Assembly (NCBI GenBank): GCA_965215125.1
Contig: OZ244052.1
Span: 1,152,001-1,216,000, forward strand
Reading direction: 5' to 3'
Source: an uncultured candidatus Porisulfidus sp.
Lineage (GTDB): Bacteria > Pseudomonadota > Gammaproteobacteria > Poriferisulfidales > Oxydemutatoraceae
DNA: 64,000 nt
The translations under genes and the position numbers were made by a program. The notes below the pieces were generated by a model. That model saw nothing but the letters and a program-made list of their open reading frames with translations. It was not told the DNA's origin and did no database searches. Shown in pieces: positions 19,294 through 28,659 of the stretch. The first letter of the stretch is position 1. Every line of letters begins with the position of its first letter.

Positions 19294-20723
19294 ATAACGC
19301 GCGTGTATCTAAACAGACCTATTTTCTTAATATAGATTCTGATAGTACTAAATTTTTTACCGTAATATATGGTTCGGTTAATATCTTGTATAAGATGGTA
19401 CGCTCCCCCTCCAAAAATAATGAGCATATTAGATACCAATCTCAAGGCTAACTTTAGGAAAGTTTTTATAGAGCGAGATTCTTTTATCTTATGCCATAAT
19501 TTTTTTTGTTTGTTCCACCGCCATTTTATTTTTTTTGATAGCATAGCTACGTGATGCGTCCGATGTGTTTTCATATTCTGTATCAACGCATGGGTTTTTA
19601 GTTTTAGTTTTAATCCTAAATTTGTATTAACCCTTGAGGAGTTCGAAATTTTATTATTTTCGGTATCCGGTGCTAAAGATTTTTCAGCTTGACTATCCTG
19701 TGTAAGTTGCCACTCCGGCGGACGATGGGTTGAGGCTCTTTTGTTGCGGTTAGCAAACTTGTTAACACGACTAATTTGTGCAAGTTTCCATCCTATCGGC
19801 CTATAGGTTGAGGGTTTTTTATCACGGTCATACGCCGCCGCCGCGCGTTGCTCTCTAGTACCTAAGACAAAATTTGCCAAGCCAACGGTTAAATTGCGCA
19901 TCAAGGAGAGCGAAGGAGTTTCTCTTTGCAGTTCTACAGGCACTTTGGTGCCGTTGCCGCTTGCAGTGGCTGATTTTTTTCTGTGACTTTTGTTTGGTTC
20001 TGGCGCATCTCTTTGTAATTCTGCAGGCACCTCGGTATCATCAAAGTCATCCCTAACGGTTGATTCTTGTCTGTAGTCTTTATTGGATACTATGCAAGGA
20101 GGAGTAATAATCCTTAAAACATCGCCTACGAGTTCCGTATTACCGGTAACCCAATCGGCAGGCATCCGTATAGGATATGCTAAATCGCGTAGTTTTTTTG
20201 CAGTCGGTAGCTTGACCAAATAGCCTATGGTCGTGAAAGGGAACTCTGCAACACGTGCGATGTAGTGCCCGGGGCAAACTTTTTTTTTCCAATAAACGGC
20301 CTCCGCTCCTTTGTTATAAGACTTTCTGTACTTGGAATAATGGCCGAGCAGCAAAGTACCCCAAGATACCTTCTGCAATACCGTTGAATTCAAAACTTCC
20401 GGGAAACGAGGCGACAGTTCGGCATCGTCTTCTAAAACACAAGCGATCGGAATATTATGATCTATCATCAATTCGTAAAACTTTATATGGCTTAATAAGC
20501 ATCCCAGAGAACCTAAGGTTATGCGCTGGTGATTATAGGTATTCGTGTAAAAAACCTGTTCCCCGTAATTTTCTACAACCTCGTGCGGTGTGAATTGCGC
20601 TCCATCCACCGCTTCTATAAATTGATAATCTAAGTTCAGTGCGTCTAACTGTTTGCTGATGTTAGCTTTGCGGTTGGGAGAGCGTTTTAGGTTGATGACA
20701 AAAATAGGAAAAGGGCTAGACAT
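19290..20723 (-). CDS. Glycosyltransferase family 25 with long basic C-terminal extension
   Basis: FVINLKRS..R, EAVDG, GCLLSH, VLEDDA. Confidence 0.9.
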   Translation of the reverse strand: MSSPFPIFVINLKRSPNRKANISKQLDALNLDYQFIEAVDGAQFTPHEVVENYGEQVFYTNTYNHQRITLGSLGCLLSHIKFYELMIDHNIPIACVLEDDAELSPRFPEVLNSTVLQKVSWGTLLLGHYSKYRKSYNKGAEAVYWKKKVCPGHYIARVAEFPFTTIGYLVKLPTAKKLRDLAYPIRMPADWVTGNTELVGDVLRIITPPCIVSNKDYRQESTVRDDFDDTEVPAELQRDAPEPNKSHRKKSATASGNGTKVPVELQRETPSLSLMRNLTVGLANFVLGTREQRAAAAYDRDKKPSTYRPIGWKLAQISRVNKFANRNKRASTHRPPEWQLTQDSQAEKSLAPDTENNKISNSSRVNTNLGLKLKLKTHALIQNMKTHRTHHVAMLSKKIKWRWNKQKKLWHKIKESRSIKTFLKLALRLVSNMLIIFGGGAYHLIQDINRTIYYGKKFSTIRIYIKKIGLFRYTRVI

Positions 20724-20790
20724 AGAACTGTATCAATGTAGTGAAATCACTCGTTTTTAGGTAACCAGTATAAACGATAATCGGCTAGAC

Positions 20791-21831
20791 TTAAAAACGG
20801 AATTTATGCGCCGAGTGTATACGTTTGATAATATCCATGAAGTGCTCGTGTAGTTTTAGTTTGTTTAACAGCTTAAATAGCAATGCTGCGGGTGAAGCCA
20901 GCAACCAATAAAAGAAGGGTTTGATTCCGGTTTTTGTGTGCCAAGCGATTGCGCGACGAAAGCAATCTTGAGCCTCTCTACATCGTCCCTGTACCAACAC
21001 TTCTAACCCCGCATGCCGCCACCTTCTAGCTAGTATGTAACGATATTTTTCAGGATCTAAACGTTTTTGTATAGCAAAATTTGCTACACAATCCTCAAAT
21101 ATATGGCACCATTTTCTCAATGGGTCATCGTGCATATCGCGCAGATGTGCGCCGTGTTCGTACATAATTACCGGGGCACCGGTCACATGTAACCATTCAC
21201 CTAAGCTCGCCAGCCTAAAAAAGAGTTCGGTATCGTGTCCGGTAATAAGCACTTCGTTATAACCTCCCAGCTTTTTAATCAAATGCGTGCGCAGCAATGT
21301 GGACGATGAAACCCCTGCCCCCATATCTATAAACCAATGATACGGATTGATGTTAAGTCTCTTTTGGTTAAGGTATTGTGTCTTGCCCTTTTCGTTTTTT
21401 AAGATCCGGTCGGCACTGGCAGCCACTGCCTCGGGGTGTTGTTCCAATGCGTTGTGCGTCTTTGCTAAAAACATCCGCGACGGTGTGTCGTCGGAATCTA
21501 AAAAATAGATATAGCGATGCTTAGCTTGAGCATGCGCCAGACCTGAATTTCTAGCTGCAGATGCACCTTTATTGCGATTATGAATAATCAACTGTGTCGT
21601 GAAGCAGGGTGCTTGGGTTTCAAACCACGCCTGCACAACTTCTACGGTATTGTCGGTAGAACAATCGTCTACAACGATTACATGATCGGGCTGAGCCGTC
21701 TGCTCTAAAATAGCTTCTAGTGCTCTAGTGATATATCGGGGCCTATTCATCACCGGGATGACAACTAGAATATCCGGCGATTTAGATATACTCATATCAA
21801 CGGTTATACGATTTCGGGCACTCGGCATCAT
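20791..21831 (-). CDS. Glycosyltransferase family 2
   Basis: VIPVMN, VDDCSTD, FLDSDD; paralog of 17365-18357. Confidence 0.92.
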   Translation of the reverse strand: MMPSARNRITVDMSISKSPDILVVIPVMNRPRYITRALEAILEQTAQPDHVIVVDDCSTDNTVEVVQAWFETQAPCFTTQLIIHNRNKGASAARNSGLAHAQAKHRYIYFLDSDDTPSRMFLAKTHNALEQHPEAVAASADRILKNEKGKTQYLNQKRLNINPYHWFIDMGAGVSSSTLLRTHLIKKLGGYNEVLITGHDTELFFRLASLGEWLHVTGAPVIMYEHGAHLRDMHDDPLRKWCHIFEDCVANFAIQKRLDPEKYRYILARRWRHAGLEVLVQGRCREAQDCFRRAIAWHTKTGIKPFFYWLLASPAALLFKLLNKLKLHEHFMDIIKRIHSAHKFRF

Positions 21832-22919
21832 TGCCGAGCCCCCATAGTCAACGCTTTTTCGGTGGCTTGTCGGCGGTTTTTTTCGTCTTCAATATCCTCT
21901 ATACCCCAATGTTCTATGTTTCTTAAGATAAGGTTTTCGATGCTCTCTATGTGTAATCGGTTGTCGTTGAGTGCCGGAATATAGCGCAGTTCCGAACCGC
22001 CGGCCTCTATAAAAACCTCTCGTCCTCGGATGGCAATCTCCTCTAAGGTTTCTAGACAATCTGCCGAAAATCCCGGACAAAAGACATCTATCGTTTTTAC
22101 ACCTTGCTTTGCAAGCTCGCTCAAGGTTTGTTCGGTATACGGTTGCAACCATTCCGCTCGTCCAAATCGTGATTGAAAACAAAGTTTGTATTCGTGTTCG
22201 TTTAAGGATAGGGCGTGAGCAATTAATCGGATCGTAGTATGACACTGACAATGATAAGGGTCGCCCTCGAGTAAATTACGTTTAGGCAATCCATGAAATG
22301 AAAACAGCAATAAATCCCCGCAACCGTGTTGGTTGCGAAACGAACGTATCTGTTCGGCACAAGCAGAGATATAAAGAGGATGTTTATGGTAATGGTTGAT
22401 ATAGCGCAATTCGGGTTGCCAACGCCAAGAGCTTAGTATTCGTGCTACCTCGTCAAAAACCGATGCCGTGGTGGTAGCCGAATATTGCGGGAACAACGGC
22501 AAAATCAATAAACGTTGAACCGACTTTTCCCTCATTTCATCAAGCACCTTTTTGATAGCCGGTTTTCCGTAGCGCATGGCAAGGCTCACAACTAAATTTT
22601 GATGTTCGTCCTGTAGCTTTTGTGCTACTTTCAAACTAAGGCGATTGGAATGAATAAATAACGGTGAACCTTCCGGTAGCCATACTTTTGCATAAGCCTC
22701 GGCACTTTTGCGCGGGCGCAGAGGCAGTATTAAAAGATGCAAAATCAGCCACCAAATCGGGTGAGGAATTTCTACAACACGCGGATCCGATAAAAACTCG
22801 GCAAGATAACGACGCACCGCCGCTGTAGTAGGGGCTTCCGGGGTGCCTAGATTGACTAGTAAGATACCGGTAGATGCGACGGTACCGTGGCGGTAATCTT
22901 TATTTCCTAGATAGCCCAA
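21828..22919 (-). CDS. hemH: Ferrochelatase
   Basis: NLGTP, FLSDPRVVE, SFHGLP, FQSRFG, DCLETLEE. Start is probably TTG 22919; the track start 22955 lies inside a MITE. Confidence 0.96.
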   Translation of the reverse strand: MGYLGNKDYRHGTVASTGILLVNLGTPEAPTTAAVRRYLAEFLSDPRVVEIPHPIWWLILHLLILPLRPRKSAEAYAKVWLPEGSPLFIHSNRLSLKVAQKLQDEHQNLVVSLAMRYGKPAIKKVLDEMREKSVQRLLILPLFPQYSATTTASVFDEVARILSSWRWQPELRYINHYHKHPLYISACAEQIRSFRNQHGCGDLLLFSFHGLPKRNLLEGDPYHCQCHTTIRLIAHALSLNEHEYKLCFQSRFGRAEWLQPYTEQTLSELAKQGVKTIDVFCPGFSADCLETLEEIAIRGREVFIEAGGSELRYIPALNDNRLHIESIENLILRNIEHWGIEDIEDEKNRRQATEKALTMGARQ

Positions 22920-22940
22920 CGCGTATTGATAATTAAGAGT

Positions 22941-23012
22941 GGGAATTATATACAATTATGCACAAGGCTTTTCCTTGCGCTCGGTGCTATTGTTTGACGC
23001 TTCATAATTCCC
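22941..23012. mobile_element. 72-bp MITE/scar with GGGAATTAT ends and 8-bp TSD
   Basis: Starts GGGAATTATATAC and ends CATAATTCCC; flanked by TTAAGAGT (22933-22940) and TTAAGAAT (23013-23020). Confidence 0.6.
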
Positions 23013-23591
23013 TTAAGAATCTCTCAGGCGGCTCTTTCTAGGAAAGTGTGCTTTTAAGAATTCCATTTGGTCGGCTAATATGGTACGTGCTCTCAAATAA
23101 ATATACTCGGCGTGTGTCGGGACAAAAGGAATCGCTAGTAGCTTCATGCCGGCTTGTTCCGGTGTGCGATCCGCCTTTTGATTATTGCAACGTTTGCAAG
23201 CACTAACGACATTATTCCAAGTATCTCTGCCGCCTTGCTTAAAAGGGATGACATGATCACGAGATAAATAACGGCGACTAAAAGATTCTCCGCAATAAAG
23301 ACACAATGAACCATCGCGCCTGAATAGCGCGTCATTGTTCAAAGGCGGTATGTAATTTAGGTCTAGATGCGGATTTTTTCCATATGTTGCAATGACCGAA
23401 TTGACTCTGATAACACTACGTTTTCCGGTCACGGCATTGATACCGCCGCGAATTATAAACAGCGCGGTTCCCGCCTCGTAAGCCACGATATCTGTGTGAT
23501 AAAACCTCACCGCATCTTGATAATTTATCCAGTCGAGGGGCATACCGGCTACGTCAACTCTTAGGATTTGTTGACTCAAATTCTCTTGCAT
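23013..23591 (-). CDS. HNH endonuclease family protein
   Basis: LFRRD..CLYCG, SRDHVIP..GG.D.W.NVV.AC..CN..K. Confidence 0.92.
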   Translation of the reverse strand: MQENLSQQILRVDVAGMPLDWINYQDAVRFYHTDIVAYEAGTALFIIRGGINAVTGKRSVIRVNSVIATYGKNPHLDLNYIPPLNNDALFRRDGSLCLYCGESFSRRYLSRDHVIPFKQGGRDTWNNVVSACKRCNNQKADRTPEQAGMKLLAIPFVPTHAEYIYLRARTILADQMEFLKAHFPRKSRLRDS

Positions 23592-23718
23592 AGCACCACC
23601 TTGTTCATTAGAAGCCTTGCGTAAGTTTTGTATAGTATAGAAATTGTTTATAATGTCAATAATTTAAGAGCTATTTTATTATAGATGCTTGAAATTGGTA
23701 AATGACGAGGAGAATATT

Positions 23719-24354
23719 ATGAGAAAAATTATGGTACTCAATGCTAAGGGAGGTTCCGGTAAAACTACGGTTGCGACTAATTTGGCAAGCTATTATGCGA
23801 ATAGAAATCTATCTGTGGTTTTAGCTGATTATGATCCCCAGCGAGGTAGCTTGCAGTGGCTGGCGGCACGCGCCCCCGGTAAGCCACCTATTTTGGCATA
23901 CGATGGTATTAGACAACGCGGTGCCACCCAGAGAATGGCGGACATTTATATTATGGACACACCGGCGGCTTTACATGGGAAAGAGCTTAACAATATGATC
24001 CGACGCGCCGAGACAATTATTATTCCGGTTGTTCCTTCGGCTTTGGATATGCGGGCGGTGTCCGAGTTCGCAAAAGAAATAAACGCGGCACCGGCGATCT
24101 CCGGAAGACGCGCCAAAGTCGCGGTAATCGGTAATCGGGTTCGTTTTCAGACTAAAATAGCATGGCAGCTCGACGAGTTTCTACTTAAACTACGTTTTTC
24201 TTTTCCGACCCATTTAAGGGACAGTATGAATTACGTACGCGCCGCAGAAAAGGGGCTCGGGCTATTTGATATGTCCCGTTATGCAACTATGCACGAGCGC
24301 AACGACTGGGTACCCTTGTTGCGGTGGTTGGGTAGTCAACGCAGTATACCCTAA
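23719..24354 (+). CDS. ParA/CbiA-family ATPase
   Basis: Deviant Walker A NAKGGSGKTT, DYDPQ, MDTPA. Confidence 0.9.
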   Translation: MRKIMVLNAKGGSGKTTVATNLASYYANRNLSVVLADYDPQRGSLQWLAARAPGKPPILAYDGIRQRGATQRMADIYIMDTPAALHGKELNNMIRRAETIIIPVVPSALDMRAVSEFAKEINAAPAISGRRAKVAVIGNRVRFQTKIAWQLDEFLLKLRFSFPTHLRDSMNYVRAAEKGLGLFDMSRYATMHERNDWVPLLRWLGSQRSIP

Positions 24355-24371
24355 AGTACCGTCCGGAATAA

Positions 24372-24444
24372 CCGCAACCGCTTGCGCCGTATGGTTTTGG
24401 TTTCCATAAATTGGATGAATGAATGTATAAATCGTGCACATACG
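24372..24444 (-). repeat. Dispersed repeat module B
   Basis: Minus strand CATCCAATTTATGGAAACCAAAA...GGCGCAAGCGGTT; two more copies at 51322-51390 and 51424-51492. Confidence 0.8.
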
Positions 24445-24446
24445 AC

Positions 24447-25907
24447 GGGGCTGTTGAAAAAGCCGCCTCATCCTTGAAAGCTATACCGTAATAACAAAAA
24501 TCTTTGGATAAACTGAAATCTGATCCAGCGGAAATAAAAATCTAAAGAAACCGCTAGTCTCTTTAGGTTCTGAGCTGTCCCAATCAAGTAGGCTTGTATC
24601 TGCATCTTCCTCCAACCTCTATATTTTGCCCGCCTCAATCCATGCTGTTCCTTTGCCTCACCAAATAAGCCCTCTACCTTCCAACTTCGCTCCGTCATCC
24701 AGTGCTGAAATACCTCACTACTTTGTCGACATCTCACTCGCTCAATCGCCTCTTTATACTTGTTTCGGGCGATGTACATATGATTCCTACCACCTAAATA
24801 ACAACTCCCTCGCCATTGACAACTCTTACAATGCGCTTTCTTGATATCGTAATACTTCGTTGACCGCACGGCATGTTTAGAATATAACGCATGACCGGCT
24901 TGACAGATATAGCGGTCGTGCTTGGCATCATACTTGAAACTGCCATCATCGGCTACCGGCTTAACATACTTCGGCATCGGAATATAGCTGCGGATATTGT
25001 GGTCTTCAAAAAATTGATGTCTTGCCACTACTATAGCCGGCATCGGCAATCACCTCTTCGACCGGCAAGTCGAAACGCTCCTGCTGATAACGGATTCTTT
25101 GTGTTATCACATTGTTTTTATGATAGGCTCCGGTGGTCACATGACAATCCGTTATTATCCGCTTGCTTGCATCAATACAATAATGCACCTTATGGTATAA
25201 CTTCTTCGGATACCCTTTACGATGGACTAAAGTGGCATCGCTATCTACTTTACTGAAATGCTTGCGGTTGCTGATTTTTTCTCTTTTCACCACCGTAGTT
25301 TGCGACACTGCCGCTTTGCTTTGTTGCTTCTCGTCCTCAACTACTTCCGCTGCTGCCGGCTGCTCTCGTCTCTGCAGTTTCCCCGCCGACGCATTCGCCT
25401 CAACCAAACTCGCATCCGTTATAATCCGCTTCCCAGGCACTAATCCAGCATCACGGCATTGTTCTACTATCTGCTCAAATACCTGTGCAAAACACGCCAC
25501 CCCTAATCTATCCCTCACCCGAGTTAATGACGAATGATCCGGCACCGCATCACTCATATTTAATCTGACAAACCAACGATAGCCAATGTTCATTGCGATC
25601 TCGTCGCAAAGTTGACGACCTGACTTAATCCCATAGATGTGTCCTAATATACAAATACGGAAAAATACTTCAGGGTCTATTGACGGTCTACCTTGTCTAT
25701 CACTATAGAACTTTTTGGTTAATTTTTTGACAAAACTCAAGTCTAAAACCTTATCAATACGCCTTAATAGGTGATTGTTAGGAATGAGTGCCTCATAGTC
25801 TATTTGGGAAAATAGTTCGCGTTGAAACTTCTGATTTCCTTGCATAAAAACCTCCGTTGAATAAGTTATCTATTATTACTTACATCCAATACTTTTTCAA
25901 CAGCCCC
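24447..25907 (-). mobile_element. IS1182-family insertion sequence
   Basis: TIRs GGGGCTGTTGAAAAAG (24447) and CTTTTTCAACAGCCCC (ends 25907) enclosing a transposase. Confidence 0.88.
24468..25845 (-). pseudogene. IS1182 transposase, frameshifted near 25015-25025
   Basis: ORF 25006-25845 has the DUF772-type N-terminus (GRPSIDP, WF, PDHSSL), ITDAS and ADAGY. ORF 24468-25049 continues in another frame with R..KVEGLFGEAK..HGLRR. Confidence 0.85.
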
Positions 25908-25915
25908 ACGCTACA

Positions 25916-26043
25916 ACCACCCCAGAGAAAGGCTTTACATTTTGCAATATGCGTTAGGGTCTTGCACAAAGTGACACCACTTGTGCTACTGCAACAAGTG
26001 GTGGTTCTATTACGCCTGCCACCCCTCTAGAGGAGGGGAATAG
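25916..26043 (-). repeat. Dispersed repeat module A (hairpin variant CACCACTTGT)
   Basis: Collinear with the copies at 51191-51318 and 63612-63736. Confidence 0.85.
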
Positions 26044-26063
26044 TCTTCCCCTACATATATCGA

Positions 26064-26759
26064 TTACATTGCGGCTCGGGGTTGGTGGACCGCATCGATA
26101 CTTTTATGAGGCAGGAAGATACCACAACCGAGCTTTTGCTTGGTGCCTAAGCCGGTTCGTTGCAACCGGATGCTTTCGTCAAAAGCAAGTTCCACTATCA
26201 TAAGGCTTCTGACGTATAGGGTTTTATCGGAGGTTTTGATTGCGTGCTGTCTTCCTCCCATCATACGCTGTGGGTGTATGCCTTTGGCGTTGAGCATTTT
26301 GGTTGCTTCGTGCAGAAATTCGTGCTCACTTTGCATGTTTTGTGATGCCAAGGCTCTGGCAAACAAAGTTGTTTGCGTACTGAGCGCGCGTAAAGTCGGC
26401 TTGTTGATTTTTATTAAACAGCCTTCGATATCAATCGTTTTTCCTTCTAAAACCATCGCATCTTCAAAGCGAGATTTAGGTAGACGCAATCGTAGTCTCG
26501 TTCGCTTGGATAAATAAAGCAATTCGTTTTCTTTATAGGGTCTTAACCATCCATTGCCGGACTCGGCTCCGTGCAATGTATGTAAAGCGACATCGGGGTC
26601 TGTCTCAAGCCACGGCAATATTCGGCTAATCGCCTTATACAAAGCGTACGCATGATCCACCGTCAAGCCGCCGTGACATTCAACTCTAAAGCCGAGATCT
26701 GCAACATCTTCGGGTACTCGCAGCTGTTTCTCTTCCGAATCTTGCCAGTAGTTTTCCAT
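26064..26759 (-). CDS. cas6: Orphan Cas6-like protein (type I-MYXAN Cas6/Cmx6 family)
   Basis: VDHAYALY..I, LSKRTRLRLRLP and the C-terminal Gly-rich loop GLGTKQKLGCGIFLPHK typical of Cas6 RAMPs; start set at ATG 26759. Confidence 0.75.
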   Translation of the reverse strand: MENYWQDSEEKQLRVPEDVADLGFRVECHGGLTVDHAYALYKAISRILPWLETDPDVALHTLHGAESGNGWLRPYKENELLYLSKRTRLRLRLPKSRFEDAMVLEGKTIDIEGCLIKINKPTLRALSTQTTLFARALASQNMQSEHEFLHEATKMLNAKGIHPQRMMGGRQHAIKTSDKTLYVRSLMIVELAFDESIRLQRTGLGTKQKLGCGIFLPHKSIDAVHQPRAAM

Positions 26760-26763
26760 AAAT

Positions 26764-26961
26764 CTATTCCACATTGCCGGCCGAAGTAAAAGCAGCCTCC
26801 AACCGTTGTTCCCAATCCTCCGGTGTATCCGCAAACGGTGGGCGTACGTCCATTTCTATAAACATTTCGCCTTGACGCGCTTGTGATTTTATATAGGCGA
26901 TAAGTTCTTCAAAACTGGTCATTTCGTTATTGCCTATTAATATGTCGCTAATTGACAGCAC
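26764..26961 (-). CDS. Small acidic protein coupled to the cas6-like gene
   Basis: MDVRPPFADTPEDWEQRLEAAF. As I recall, similar proteins in sulfur oxidisers are annotated sulfur relay/DsrC-like, but there is no DsrC C-terminal Cys here. Confidence 0.65.
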   Translation of the reverse strand: MLSISDILIGNNEMTSFEELIAYIKSQARQGEMFIEMDVRPPFADTPEDWEQRLEAAFTSAGNVE

Positions 26962-27015
26962 AGCATTTCCTCGGTATATCGGTTGCGTACATCAAAAGAT
27001 TATTTACATGTGTGA

Positions 27016-28089
27016 TTATAAAACATCTTTGATCGCTTGTGTTTCTACTTGATCGGTTTCAAAAGCCTCTCCTATCGCACGCAATAAAATGTAATGCCGC
27101 CGTCCGCTTTTGTTCTTTTTATCGAGTGCCATTGCATCTAACAATGCTTGTGGATCTAAGGTCGTCGGCTTGGATGTTGCCAGCCCGAAACGATTGAGTA
27201 ATGAAACAATGCGGTCAAGGCTTTCTTTAGATATATAACCTAAGTTTAGAGACAGTTGCGCAGCGAGCGCAAGCCCGCATCCCACCGCTTCGCCGTGCAA
27301 CCAAAACCCGTAGCCCAGGGTTGCTTCTATAGCATGCCCGAAAGTATGTCCTAAATTAAGCAGGGCGCGTTTGCCGGTCTGCTCTAATTCATCGGCAGCG
27401 ACGATTTCGGCTTTGATGGCACATGAGCGTTCTATCGCATAACACAAAGTCTCGTCATCGTGTGCAAGCAGTGCTTCTACATGGTCCTCTAACCAATTAA
27501 AAAAATTGGCATCTGCAATCAAGCCGTATTTGACAACCTCGGCAAGTCCTGCAACATAGTGCCTAGGTGGTAGCGTGTTGAGCGTATTCAAGTCTGTAAC
27601 AACACAACGCGGCTGATAAAAAGCCCCAATCATGTTTTTCCCTAAAGCATGGTTGACTGCGGTTTTGCCGCCCACCGAGGAATCTACCTGAGCAAGCAGG
27701 GTTGTAGGAATCTGTGCAAAAGCAATGCCGCGCAAATAACTTGAAGCAACGAAACCGGCAATGTCTCCGACCACGCCGCCGCCGAGTGCTATGAGTAGCG
27801 CATCTCGTTCGGTTCGACACTCCAGTAGTCGGGTACAAACCTGCTCGAAAGTCTGCAATGTTTTATACGATTCGCCTGCCGGTATCACGATTTGATCTAT
27901 TTTTAATTCTGCGCCGATTACATCGCATACCGTTTGCATATAAAGTGGTGCGACATCTTCGTCCGAAAGTATCACCAGATGAGAGCCTTGCCAATTTGGG
28001 GTCAACAATTCATCTAAACTTGCCAGTAAGCCTCGTCCTATATGAATGGGGTAGCTACGCCGACCTAGTTCTACCGTCAAAATATTCAT
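27016..28089 (-). CDS. aroB: 3-dehydroquinate synthase
   Basis: GGGVVGD, PTTLLAQVDSSVGGK, LNLGHTFGH. Confidence 0.98.
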   Translation of the reverse strand: MNILTVELGRRSYPIHIGRGLLASLDELLTPNWQGSHLVILSDEDVAPLYMQTVCDVIGAELKIDQIVIPAGESYKTLQTFEQVCTRLLECRTERDALLIALGGGVVGDIAGFVASSYLRGIAFAQIPTTLLAQVDSSVGGKTAVNHALGKNMIGAFYQPRCVVTDLNTLNTLPPRHYVAGLAEVVKYGLIADANFFNWLEDHVEALLAHDDETLCYAIERSCAIKAEIVAADELEQTGKRALLNLGHTFGHAIEATLGYGFWLHGEAVGCGLALAAQLSLNLGYISKESLDRIVSLLNRFGLATSKPTTLDPQALLDAMALDKKNKSGRRHYILLRAIGEAFETDQVETQAIKDVL

Positions 28090-28598
28090 ATTTGCTTTAT
28101 ATTATCGATATATTCAATAATTTTTGTCACCGTTGATTTAACGGTGCCGTTGTTATCGACGATAAAATCGGCAAGTGCTTCGTATATAGGGATGCGCACA
28201 CGATCCAAATTTTTGATGGTTTCATAGACATCCCCCTCCATCAGCAAAGGGCGTCCGGTCGTATTTCGTACTCTTTCATAACGGTTATCCAAAGATGTGC
28301 TTAAATAAATTACTGTACCATTATCTTTGATGTTCTTGCAATTTTGTTTATCTACAACCACACCGCCGCCGGTTGCCACAACCATATTGCGATTACCTAA
28401 GATTTCTCGTAGCACTTCGGATTCGCGCTTTCTAAAGCCCACTTCGCCTTCATTTTTGAATATCGTCGGAATATCCATAGCGGCGTGTCGGCAAATCAAC
28501 TTGTCGGTGTCGTAAAAACGACTTTTGATACGTTTTGCTAAAGTCTCGGCAATATGACTTTTGCCCGCTGCCATAGGTCCTATTAGGAATATGTTCAT
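28086..28598 (-). CDS. aroK: Shikimate kinase
   Basis: GPMAAGKS, GEVGFR, ATGGG, RPLL. Confidence 0.95.
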   Translation of the reverse strand: MNIFLIGPMAAGKSHIAETLAKRIKSRFYDTDKLICRHAAMDIPTIFKNEGEVGFRKRESEVLREILGNRNMVVATGGGVVVDKQNCKNIKDNGTVIYLSTSLDNRYERVRNTTGRPLLMEGDVYETIKNLDRVRIPIYEALADFIVDNNGTVKSTVTKIIEYIDNIKQI

Positions 28599-28659
28599 TT
28601 ATGCCCTGTGCTAAAATTGAAATTATGCTCAATCTAGTTTATCAATCTATGTACTTGTC

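Noticed and set aside
22926-22930. TTGAT near the MITE as a TnpB TAM
   Set aside because: It is not adjacent to the TSD and has no counterpart beside the tnpB element; probably chance.
24447-24462. IS1016-group assignment from the GGGGCTG end
   Set aside because: The enclosed transposase has IS1182-type motifs, and no 7-9-bp TSD is visible.
25000-25050. Programmed -1 frameshift in the IS1182 transposase
   Set aside because: IS1182 transposases are normally single ORFs and no convincing slippery heptamer with a stimulator is present; a 1-bp deletion or sequencing error is simpler.
25900-26064. Possible CRISPR array next to the cas6-like gene
   Set aside because: There are no regularly spaced direct repeats with unique spacers; the repeats are dispersed single units.
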